From contig PWGX01000003.1 in NCBI GenBank assembly GCA_003554615.1, forward strand, positions 2,894 to 66,893: 64,000 bases of DNA. Reading direction: 5' to 3'. A program made the position numbers and the translations under genes. Shown one piece after another: positions 36,266 to 44,320 of the stretch. Numbering within the stretch: position 1 is the stretch's first letter; every line of letters starts with the position of its first letter. The notes under the pieces were generated by a model, which was given only the letters and a program-made list of their open reading frames with translations, did no database searches and was not told the origin of the DNA. This DNA is from Syntrophomonadaceae bacterium. GTDB taxonomy: Bacteria; Bacillota; Dethiobacteria; DTU022.

Positions 36266-37420
36266 ATGCCTAAAGATGTGGCCATTATCGGCGTAGGACA
36301 AAGCAATTTTGTCAGGGGCTATGAAGGATCGATCAGGGAACTTTCTTTTGAAGCTTACAGGGAGGCGATGCAGGATGCCGGCATCACATCTGAAAATATC
36401 GATGCCTCGATCATCTGTTCCGCTCCTGAATATGACAAACAGCGCAGCCCTTCTGGCCTGATCGCAGAATATTTGGGGTTGAACCCCCAGCCTACTTTTG
36501 CCGTTGAAAGTGTATGTTCATCAAGCACTACCGGACTCAAAACCGCTTACGGCCTGATTAAAAGCGGCCTGCACCAGGCAGTGGCAATAGTCGGATTCCA
36601 AAAAATGTCGGAAATATCCTCCGCCGATTCCCAGGAAAGGATGGGACGTGGTGCGGATATAATGTGGGAATCTCCATTTGGAACCACTATGCCTGCTTAT
36701 TACGCCATGCACGCCAGGACTCATTTTGACACCTACGGCACCACTGAAGAAGACCTGGCCCTGATCAGGATCAAGTCGGCCAGGTACGGGCAGCTTAACG
36801 AAAAAGCAGTTTACAGGAAAGACCTGACTATGGAAAAAATCATGGAAAGTAATTATGTCTCCAGCCCCCTGAAACGATTTGACTGCTGTGCCAACGCCGA
36901 CGGTTCCTCCTGTATCATAATGGCCTCTGCCGAAAAAGCAAGAGAACTGTCAGTTCAACCCGTCTGGATCCTGGGCCTGGGTTCTGCCACCGCTTCCTAC
37001 AGCATTACCGGCAGGAAGGCCTATGAAGGCCTGGAAAGCGCCCGCGGAGCTGCCCGCCAGGCCTACGAAATGGCTTCAGTTAAGCCGGATGATATCGATG
37101 TGGCTGAAGTGCACGATTGTTTTACCATCGCTGAACTAATGGCTTACGAAAACCTGGGATTTGCCAGTCCCGGCCGAGGGGTGGATTTGATTCGCAACAA
37201 AGAAACATACCTGAAAGGAAAAATTCCGGTAAATGTGGACGGAGGCCTTTTATCGAAAGGCCATCCGATCGGCGCTACCGGTGGTTCCCAGGTCAGGACT
37301 ATTGTCCAGCAACTGCGGGGAGAATCAGGAGAAATACAGGTTCCCGGGGCAAAAATCGGCCTGGTCCATAATATCGGTGGGGTAGGCATCTATGCTAATG
37401 TAATTATCATGGGATCATAA
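36266..37420 (+). CDS. SCP-x/nsLTP-type thiolase (the type that normally pairs with a DUF35 OB-fold protein)
   Basis: MPKDVAIIGVGQSNF..., active-site Cys context ESVCSSS, and C-terminal NVDGGLLSKGHPIGATG...GGVG. The ATG follows CAAGGAGG. Confidence 0.75.
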   Translation: MPKDVAIIGVGQSNFVRGYEGSIRELSFEAYREAMQDAGITSENIDASIICSAPEYDKQRSPSGLIAEYLGLNPQPTFAVESVCSSSTTGLKTAYGLIKSGLHQAVAIVGFQKMSEISSADSQERMGRGADIMWESPFGTTMPAYYAMHARTHFDTYGTTEEDLALIRIKSARYGQLNEKAVYRKDLTMEKIMESNYVSSPLKRFDCCANADGSSCIIMASAEKARELSVQPVWILGLGSATASYSITGRKAYEGLESARGAARQAYEMASVKPDDIDVAEVHDCFTIAELMAYENLGFASPGRGVDLIRNKETYLKGKIPVNVDGGLLSKGHPIGATGGSQVRTIVQQLRGESGEIQVPGAKIGLVHNIGGVGIYANVIIMGS

Positions 37421-37440
37421 CTTGAAGGAGATATGTCCAG

Positions 37441-38301
37441 GTGAAAGCACCAATTATTGATTTTCACATCCATCCAGTCGTTTACGATCAGTTTTACGTC
37501 GAAACTGCCCTGAACTGGATCAAGGAGATGCACGCCGATAAAAACTGGGACCGATTTTACCGGGATTTATCCGACCCGGATTATTTTTACAGCTACCTGC
37601 AGAATCATGGTATTGACTACGGAGTGGTGATGGCGGAAATATCGCCGATGGTAACCGGCATTTGCACCAACGAATACGTACAACGGTTCTGCCGGGATAA
37701 AGAAGGGCTGATCCCCTTTGCCAGCATCAATCCCAGCCTGACCGTCAATACCGGCCGAGAATTAGAACGCCTGGTTAAAGAAGGCTTCAGGGGGGTAAAG
37801 CTTTATCCTACTTACCAGCACTGTTACCCCAATGATCGCAAGTTATACCCGCTCTACAGGCAGGCCGAAGAGATGCAGGTTCCGGTTATGGTTCATACCG
37901 GCACTTCGATTTTTAAAGGATCCAAACTGAAATACGGCGATCCACTTTACCTTGACGAAGTGGCGGTAGACTTCCCCGAGTTAACAATAATCCTGGTCCA
38001 CAGTGGAAGGGGATTCTGGTATGAACGGGCTTTTGTCCTGGCCAGGCTTCACGAAAATGTATATATGGAAATAGCCGGGTTGCCGCCCCGTAAACTGCTT
38101 GATTATTTCCCGGAGATGGAGAGGGTTGCTGACAAAGTCCTGTTTGGAACGGACTGGCCCGGCATTAAAAACCCGGGTGCCAACATTAAAACCATTCAAA
38201 ATCTGCCCTTAAGTGAAAGCAGCATCCAGAAAATCCTGGGCGGCAATGCAGCCAGGTTGTTGGGTCTTCCGGTGAAAAAGCCGAAACAAAGAAACAACTG
38301 A
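37441..38301 (+). CDS. amidohydrolase_2-family metal-dependent hydrolase/decarboxylase-like protein
   Basis: IIDFHIHP at the N-terminus, plus VHTG, LVHSG and GTDWP blocks, are typical of the PF04909-type TIM-barrel. Confidence 0.7.
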   Translation: MKAPIIDFHIHPVVYDQFYVETALNWIKEMHADKNWDRFYRDLSDPDYFYSYLQNHGIDYGVVMAEISPMVTGICTNEYVQRFCRDKEGLIPFASINPSLTVNTGRELERLVKEGFRGVKLYPTYQHCYPNDRKLYPLYRQAEEMQVPVMVHTGTSIFKGSKLKYGDPLYLDEVAVDFPELTIILVHSGRGFWYERAFVLARLHENVYMEIAGLPPRKLLDYFPEMERVADKVLFGTDWPGIKNPGANIKTIQNLPLSESSIQKILGGNAARLLGLPVKKPKQRNN

Positions 38302-38393
38302 AATTAAATATAAGGAAAAGAAGGAAAAGAAGGAAAGTTTTTTTCTATGTTGAATCAAGAATATTGTAACTATATTGTGGAGGTGCCGTTAAA

Positions 38394-39416
38394 ATGACAA
38401 AGTTCAATCCCCTAAATATCCTGGTTGCCCTGCAGCCCGGACTGGGCAACCCTGAAGAGTATAAGGAAATCATAGAAAAAAAGTTCCCTAAAAAAACAGC
38501 AAAAAGGGAAATCCGGGTCAGGCTGATCCAGGACGGGTCTGCCGAATCAATTCCAGATGAATACCTGGACACTCATATTGTCGGGTCGGGAGTAATTGTA
38601 GAAAGAGTTCCTGAAATGAAAGATCTGCAGTGGATAATGTCTCTCAGCGCCGGAATTGATCACTGGGCCATGTGGGGCAAGGTCCCTCCCCATGTCCCCC
38701 TGACCTGCCTTCCCGGCGGTTCGGGTATTCCGGTCTCCGAATTTGTGCTCGGCCTGATGCTAAACCTGGCCAAAAAATATAACCAGCTCTGGGATCAGCA
38801 AAAGGAAAAGAAATTTATTCGGGTCCGGGGGGAAGAACTTTACGGAAAAACGATTGGTATCGTCGGCCTGGGCGGTATCGGCCGGCAGATTGCCAAGCGG
38901 GCCAAGGGGTTCGATATGCGCGTAATCGGCACCGACATTATGAAGATGGACATCCCTAATGTCGATCAATTGTATTTAAACGACCAGGTAGACGAAGTCA
39001 TCCGGCAGGCTGATTATCTTGTCCTGTCCTGCCCGCTCACCGATCAAACAGAGGGGATCATGAATGAAAGGACCTTCAAACTGATGAAAGACTCAGCATA
39101 CCTGATCAACTGCGCCCGAGGAGCTTTAATTGTCAAAGAAGATTTAATCAGGGCTTTAAATAAAGGCTGGATTGCCGGTGCTGCCAATGACACCCACTGG
39201 ATTAAAAAGCCCCTTCCTTCTTACCTGCCCCCGGAAGACGAACTGTGGGATTGCAACAATATATTGATCACCCCTCACATTTCAAGCTGGACCGATCAAT
39301 ATGCACCCAGGTTTGGGGGGGCCTTTGTCGATAATATTGAGCGTTACTTAAACGGGGAGCCGCTTCAGAACGTAGTGCCCGGATTTGAAGGGGATCCGCA
39401 GTGGCTGAAACAATAA
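38394..39416 (+). CDS. D-isomer-specific 2-hydroxyacid dehydrogenase, NAD-binding
   Basis: GKTIGIVGLGGIGRQIAKRAKGFDMRVIG is the Rossmann motif. INCARGALI and ITPHISSWT are the catalytic R/E/H blocks. Confidence 0.8.
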   Translation: MTKFNPLNILVALQPGLGNPEEYKEIIEKKFPKKTAKREIRVRLIQDGSAESIPDEYLDTHIVGSGVIVERVPEMKDLQWIMSLSAGIDHWAMWGKVPPHVPLTCLPGGSGIPVSEFVLGLMLNLAKKYNQLWDQQKEKKFIRVRGEELYGKTIGIVGLGGIGRQIAKRAKGFDMRVIGTDIMKMDIPNVDQLYLNDQVDEVIRQADYLVLSCPLTDQTEGIMNERTFKLMKDSAYLINCARGALIVKEDLIRALNKGWIAGAANDTHWIKKPLPSYLPPEDELWDCNNILITPHISSWTDQYAPRFGGAFVDNIERYLNGEPLQNVVPGFEGDPQWLKQ

Positions 39417-39457
39417 AACTTTACTGCTTCATCCTGCTATAAAGGAGAGATCCGTCA

Positions 39458-40600
39458 ATTAAAACTGAATTAATCGCGCCATTTGAAAATGCCCTTAAAA
39501 ACCGGACCGAAGAAGCAAAACAGTGGAAAAATGAAAACGGAGGACAAGTGATCGGCTTTCTTTTAACCGACGTCCCCGAAGAACTAATCCATGCCGCCGG
39601 TTTTTTCCCGTATGGAATCATCGGCGGGAGTCGGAACCTGGAAGAAGCCAACACCCACCTCCAGGCCTGGGCCTGCTCTTATTCCAGGAGCGCACTGGCC
39701 CGCGCCCTGGAAGGGGAGCTGGATTTCCTGGACGGGCTGATCATACCTCAAACCTGCGACACGATGCGAATGCTTCTTGACCTGTGGGAACACGTCCGAC
39801 CTCTGCCGTACATGGATAACTTTCGCCTGCCCAGACAGGTAAACCGGCCCAGCGCCGGGAGATATCTCCTCGGGGAACTGGAAAGGATCAAAAAAGGGTT
39901 GGAAGACTTCAGCGGCGCTGCTCTAGACAATGAAATAATTACCGAGAGCATAAAATTATACAACCATAACCGGCAGCTGCTGCGCAGGATAGACGCTCTG
40001 CATGCCAGGTATCCTAATCAGCTCAGTTCCCGCCAGCTTTATACCCTGATTAATGGTTCCATGATCATGCCCAGGAACAAAGTTAACCGGTTACTGCAGG
40101 CCGTTGTTGGAGAGCTGGAACAGAATCTCGGCCCTCAAGAAAATGGCGGGCTGGTGCGGCTTTTGATGTCGGGCACTTTGCTGGAGCCGTTTGAAGTCCT
40201 CGATTATATTGAAGAATTCGGAGGCACAGTAGTTGCAGACGACTTCCAGAATGGCTACCGCTATATCGAAGCGGATGTGGATACTGATAAAGAGCCGTTG
40301 GAAGCGCTGGCGGAACGGCAGTTAAGGCGAATACCTTCGGCCGCATTCGACCTGGAATATAACCCCAGGAGATTTTTTCTAACCGATCTGGCCAGAAAAA
40401 AAGAAGCCGGGGGAGCATTATTCCTCCATCTCACCTTTTGTGAACCGGAAAACTTTGACTGTTATGACAACCTGAAAGCCATGCAGGAGCAGGGCTTTCC
40501 AGCCATGCGCATTGAAACCCAATTCGGAGGAGCAGGCCTGGGCCAAATCCGGACCAGGATCAACGCTTTCATGGAAATGGTTGGAGGTGTAAGCAAGTGA
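39458..40600 (+). CDS. 2-hydroxyacyl-CoA dehydratase family subunit (HgdB/FldC/BcrB-like)
   Basis: It contains the family N-terminal block (...AKQWKNENGGQVIGFLLTDVPEELIHAAGFFP). That block extends upstream of the listed GTG (39548), and no ATG, GTG or TTG lies in frame after the stop at 39440-39442. ATT at 39458 lies 10 nt after GGAG. Confidence 0.7.
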   Translation: MKTELIAPFENALKNRTEEAKQWKNENGGQVIGFLLTDVPEELIHAAGFFPYGIIGGSRNLEEANTHLQAWACSYSRSALARALEGELDFLDGLIIPQTCDTMRMLLDLWEHVRPLPYMDNFRLPRQVNRPSAGRYLLGELERIKKGLEDFSGAALDNEIITESIKLYNHNRQLLRRIDALHARYPNQLSSRQLYTLINGSMIMPRNKVNRLLQAVVGELEQNLGPQENGGLVRLLMSGTLLEPFEVLDYIEEFGGTVVADDFQNGYRYIEADVDTDKEPLEALAERQLRRIPSAAFDLEYNPRRFFLTDLARKKEAGGALFLHLTFCEPENFDCYDNLKAMQEQGFPAMRIETQFGGAGLGQIRTRINAFMEMVGGVSK

Positions 40601-41793
40601 CCGAAAAAAATGTATTCAAAACCGCCGGACTGATGAAAGAGATGATGAAGAAGTACAACGAAGCCGGCCGGAAAGCAAAAGACGATGGAAGATTGGTGGC
40701 CTGGGTTACTGCCGTATTTCCGGTAGAACTTATTTACGCCGCCGGCCTTTTCCCCTACTACCCGGAAAATTTCGGCGCCGTAGCCGCAGCCAGGAAAGTG
40801 GCCCACGAGCTGTCAGCTGCTGCAGAAGAGAAGGGGTACGCCCGTGATTTGTGCGGTTATGCCCGCTGCGGAATAGGAGATGCCTACTCGGAAGAACATC
40901 CGGTGGGCAAAATTCTTGAACCCGACCTGCTTTTTTGCTGCAACACCCAGTGCGGGAGCTTGTCAAAATGGTTTGAAGTAGCAGGAAGGTACTATCAATC
41001 CCCCTATTTTCTGCTTGATTCTCCCAGGGTGGGCCTGGAAACAGATCAGCTTTGTATAGAATACTTTGTTGAACAGCTGCATGAAATGATTGAATTCATT
41101 GAAAAACAGACCGGCCAACCTTTTGACTATGATCGCTTGAGAGAAGTGTTAAACCTTTCCAACGAAGCCTGCCAGCTTTGGAACGAGGTGCTTGATTCAG
41201 CCGCCTTGAAACCCGCTCCCTTTGGGTTCTTCGATGCCTGCTTCCACATGGCCCCCATTGTCACCCTGAGGGGAACCCGGGACGCAGTAAATTATTACCA
41301 GGCTCTTAAAAAGGAAATAGACGAACGAATCGAGAATGGAATAACGGCCATACCGGAAGAGCGGCACAAGATTTATTTTGACCATATCCCCTGTTGGCCA
41401 AAATTGCGCTGGTTTTCAGATCTTTTTGCTTCACGGGGAGCGCTGGTTGTAGCTTCACAGTATACCCATTCCTGGGCTTACTCCTTCGACCTTGAACGCC
41501 CTCTGGAAAGCCTGGCTGAAAACTATACCCATGAATTCGTAAACCGCTGCTTTGAATACCGGGTCCAGCGAAAAATCAGCTTTATGGAAAAATACAATGT
41601 TGACGGGTTTGTCCTTTTTTCCAACCGCAGCTGTAAACCCAATGCTTTTGGCCTTTACGCCAAAAGTAAATTGATCAGGGAAAAAACCGGGCTTCCCGGA
41701 GTTGTGTTTGAAGCGGATATGGCAGATCTGCGCTTGTTTTCCGAAGACCAGGTTTTAGCAAAGCTGGAACCATTCTTCGAACAATTAAATTGA
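40597..41793 (+). CDS. 2-hydroxyacyl-CoA dehydratase family subunit (HgdA/FldB/BcrC-like)
   Basis: 398 aa. It reads GRLVAWVTAVFPVELIYAAGLFPYYPENF and has conserved Cys residues. The GTG overlaps the preceding stop (GTGA). Confidence 0.75.
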   Translation: MTEKNVFKTAGLMKEMMKKYNEAGRKAKDDGRLVAWVTAVFPVELIYAAGLFPYYPENFGAVAAARKVAHELSAAAEEKGYARDLCGYARCGIGDAYSEEHPVGKILEPDLLFCCNTQCGSLSKWFEVAGRYYQSPYFLLDSPRVGLETDQLCIEYFVEQLHEMIEFIEKQTGQPFDYDRLREVLNLSNEACQLWNEVLDSAALKPAPFGFFDACFHMAPIVTLRGTRDAVNYYQALKKEIDERIENGITAIPEERHKIYFDHIPCWPKLRWFSDLFASRGALVVASQYTHSWAYSFDLERPLESLAENYTHEFVNRCFEYRVQRKISFMEKYNVDGFVLFSNRSCKPNAFGLYAKSKLIREKTGLPGVVFEADMADLRLFSEDQVLAKLEPFFEQLN

Positions 41794-41819
41794 ATTTAGA
41801 CTAACAAGGAGGGTTAGCA

Positions 41820-43565
41820 TTGAAAAAATTAATGACCGGAAATGAGGCTTTCGCTTACGGATCCTACCTGCACGGGGTGCGGTTCGCAGCCGCCTACCCC
41901 GGAACTCCAAGCTCGGAAATACTGAGCAATTATGCCAGGTACCCGGGAATTTTCGCTGAATGGTCTCCCAATGAAAAAGTGGCCCTTGATGCAGCCATCG
42001 GAGCAGCTTATGCCGGCACCAGGGCTATGAGTTCCATGAAGCATGTCGGTATGAATGTGGCGGCGGACTCCCTGTTCTATGCCGTTTACACCGGCTTAAA
42101 AGCAGGCCTAGTTATTATCTGCGCAGATGATCCCAATATGCACAGCTCCCAGAATGAGCAGGATAACCGCAATTACGCCAAGTTCGCCAAGTGCCCCATG
42201 CTTGAGCCATCGGACAGTGAGGAAGCCAAGCAGTTCGTGGGCACAGCTCTTGACATGAGTGAGCAGTTTGACACCCCGGTTATAGTCCGCAGCGTGACTC
42301 GACTGTCTCATTCATCCACACCGGTGGAAGTTACCGATCAAGAACCGCCGCCGCCGGAGGAACCGCCGGTTTATGAAAGGGATGCCCAGAAATTTGTTAT
42401 GGTCCCCGCCAATGCCAGGCGCCGCCATCCGGTGGTCGAAGAACGGTTAAAACAGCTGGCCGAGTTTGCCGAATCCACTCCAATCAACTACATTGAGTCA
42501 GGCGACAGCAAACTGGGCATTGTCAGCGCCGGGGTATGCTATCACTATGCCAGGGAAGTATTTCCCGATGCCACTTTCCTTAAACTGGGTATGGTTTATC
42601 CCCTGCCCGAAAAACTGATTCATAAATTTGCGGAACAGGTGGATAAAATCATCGTCGTAGAAGAACTCGATCCTTTCCTGGAAGAACGGTTGAAGCTGAT
42701 GGGCATTGAAGTGCAGGGCAAGGATATCTTCCCCATGATCGGCGAATTCAGCCCTTCCCTGATACGCAGCAGTGCCGTCCAAGCCGGCCTGATCGAAGCA
42801 CCAGAAGCCCTACCCGAAATAAAAAGCAATCTGGAGCGCCCCATCAGGCCGCCGATGCTATGTCCCGGATGCGGACACCGGGCTCTTTTCCACGTCCTCA
42901 GGGAAAACGGTGTCCTGGTTACCGGCGACATCGGCTGTTATACCCTGGCCTTTGCCCCCCCTCTTAACGCCATGCACACCACCGGCTGCATGGGAGCCAG
43001 CATCGGCGTAGCGCACGGTATCAATAAGGCCGGCGTAAAAGATGATGTAGCTGCCGTCCTGGGAGACTCTACATTCCTGCATTCCGGGATCCACCCCGTA
43101 ATCGATGTTCTCTACAACCAGGGCTCCACCACCACGATCATCTCGGACAACAATGCCACGGCCATGACCGGTTTCCAGGAACACCCGGGAACCGGTAAAA
43201 CAGTCCAGGATAGGGAAACCAAGGTGGTGGACCCGGAAAAACTGGTCCGCGGTATCGGGTATGAAAAAGTAGACATTTGCGATCCTTACGACATCGACAA
43301 AATGGAAAAAATCCTGCAGGACCACCTCAAAAGCGAAGAGCCGTCAGTCATTATCGCCAGGCACCCCTGCGTGCTGAGCACCAGGGAAAAACATACTCCG
43401 CCCGAGGTGGATCCTGAAATCTGCATCAACTGCGGCGTCTGCCTGGATATCGGGTGCTCACCCCTGGTTCAAGAGGAAGACCATGTCCGGATCGATACCC
43501 TGTTATGCAACGGCTGCGGCCTTTGTGTAAAAGTATGTCCCCAGGAGGCCATAATCGAAAAGTAA
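41820..43565 (+). CDS. iorA: indolepyruvate (arylpyruvate):ferredoxin oxidoreductase alpha subunit
   Basis: 581 aa. It has LMTGNEAFAYGSYLHGVRFAAAYPGTPSSEI, the TPP-binding GDIGCYTL...GDSTFLHSG, and C-terminal 2x[4Fe-4S]. Confidence 0.85.
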   Translation: MKKLMTGNEAFAYGSYLHGVRFAAAYPGTPSSEILSNYARYPGIFAEWSPNEKVALDAAIGAAYAGTRAMSSMKHVGMNVAADSLFYAVYTGLKAGLVIICADDPNMHSSQNEQDNRNYAKFAKCPMLEPSDSEEAKQFVGTALDMSEQFDTPVIVRSVTRLSHSSTPVEVTDQEPPPPEEPPVYERDAQKFVMVPANARRRHPVVEERLKQLAEFAESTPINYIESGDSKLGIVSAGVCYHYAREVFPDATFLKLGMVYPLPEKLIHKFAEQVDKIIVVEELDPFLEERLKLMGIEVQGKDIFPMIGEFSPSLIRSSAVQAGLIEAPEALPEIKSNLERPIRPPMLCPGCGHRALFHVLRENGVLVTGDIGCYTLAFAPPLNAMHTTGCMGASIGVAHGINKAGVKDDVAAVLGDSTFLHSGIHPVIDVLYNQGSTTTIISDNNATAMTGFQEHPGTGKTVQDRETKVVDPEKLVRGIGYEKVDICDPYDIDKMEKILQDHLKSEEPSVIIARHPCVLSTREKHTPPEVDPEICINCGVCLDIGCSPLVQEEDHVRIDTLLCNGCGLCVKVCPQEAIIEK

Positions 43566-43607
43566 ATTGAAGCAGCCTAAATTAATATTAGAGGGAGGCA
43601 CGAAAAC

Positions 43608-44192
43608 ATGAAAAACATAGACTTTCTAATGGCAGGGGTCGGTGGTCAGGGCACCATCCTGGCCAGCAACATCCTGGCCGAGGTAGGGCTGCAGCTTGGG
43701 TATGATGTAAAAAAAGCCGAAGTGCACGGGATGGCCCAGAGGGGCGGCCAGGTAGACAGCCATATTCGCTGGGGAGACAAAGTTTATTCTCCCCTGGTCG
43801 AGGAAAACAACGCCGATTACCTGATTGGTTTTGAAATGCTGGAAGCAGCCCGCTTTCCTCATTTCTTAAAAGAGAATTCTTTGGCCCTGGTAAACGATTA
43901 CCGGATCAACCCACCCCTGGTTAACCTGGGCAAAGCTGCTTATCCATCAAAAAAAGAGATTGAAGCCCTGATCCTGGAAAGGGCCGGTAAAGTCCTCTGG
44001 ATAGAAGGAACTGGAATTGCCAAGAATTTAGGCAACCCGGCCATGGTGGGTGTAGTTATGCTCGGCGCCCTTTCCACCCTGATCGGCGGGGATAAGGAAG
44101 CATGGCTCGATGTAGTCGGGCGGATGGTGCCGCAAAAATTTGTGGAACTTAATAAAGAAGCCTTCAATGCGGGATGTGAAGTAACCGCTTAA
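43608..44192 (+). CDS. iorB: indolepyruvate:ferredoxin oxidoreductase beta subunit
   Basis: 194 aa. GVGGQGTILASNILAE...HGMAQRGG is typical of IorB/gamma-type subunits. Confidence 0.85.
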   Translation: MKNIDFLMAGVGGQGTILASNILAEVGLQLGYDVKKAEVHGMAQRGGQVDSHIRWGDKVYSPLVEENNADYLIGFEMLEAARFPHFLKENSLALVNDYRINPPLVNLGKAAYPSKKEIEALILERAGKVLWIEGTGIAKNLGNPAMVGVVMLGALSTLIGGDKEAWLDVVGRMVPQKFVELNKEAFNAGCEVTA

Positions 44193-44320
44193 AGCGAGCC
44201 AGCGCAACAGTTCTGTTTAGGTTAAATGATTGGAGTTTTCAGTTGGCGGGTTTCACGGCTATAAGAGCCATATCCGGCAGCCCGCTAACTGAGCTAGTTA
44301 AAACAAAAGGAGGGAATAAG

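Noticed and set aside
38312-38344. A purine-rich tandem AAGGAAAAG x3 followed by T7, between the amidohydrolase and the 2-hydroxyacid dehydrogenase genes.
   Set aside because: It is a short low-complexity run. It is not a CRISPR or a structured repeat, and is probably just spacer plus SD-like sequence.
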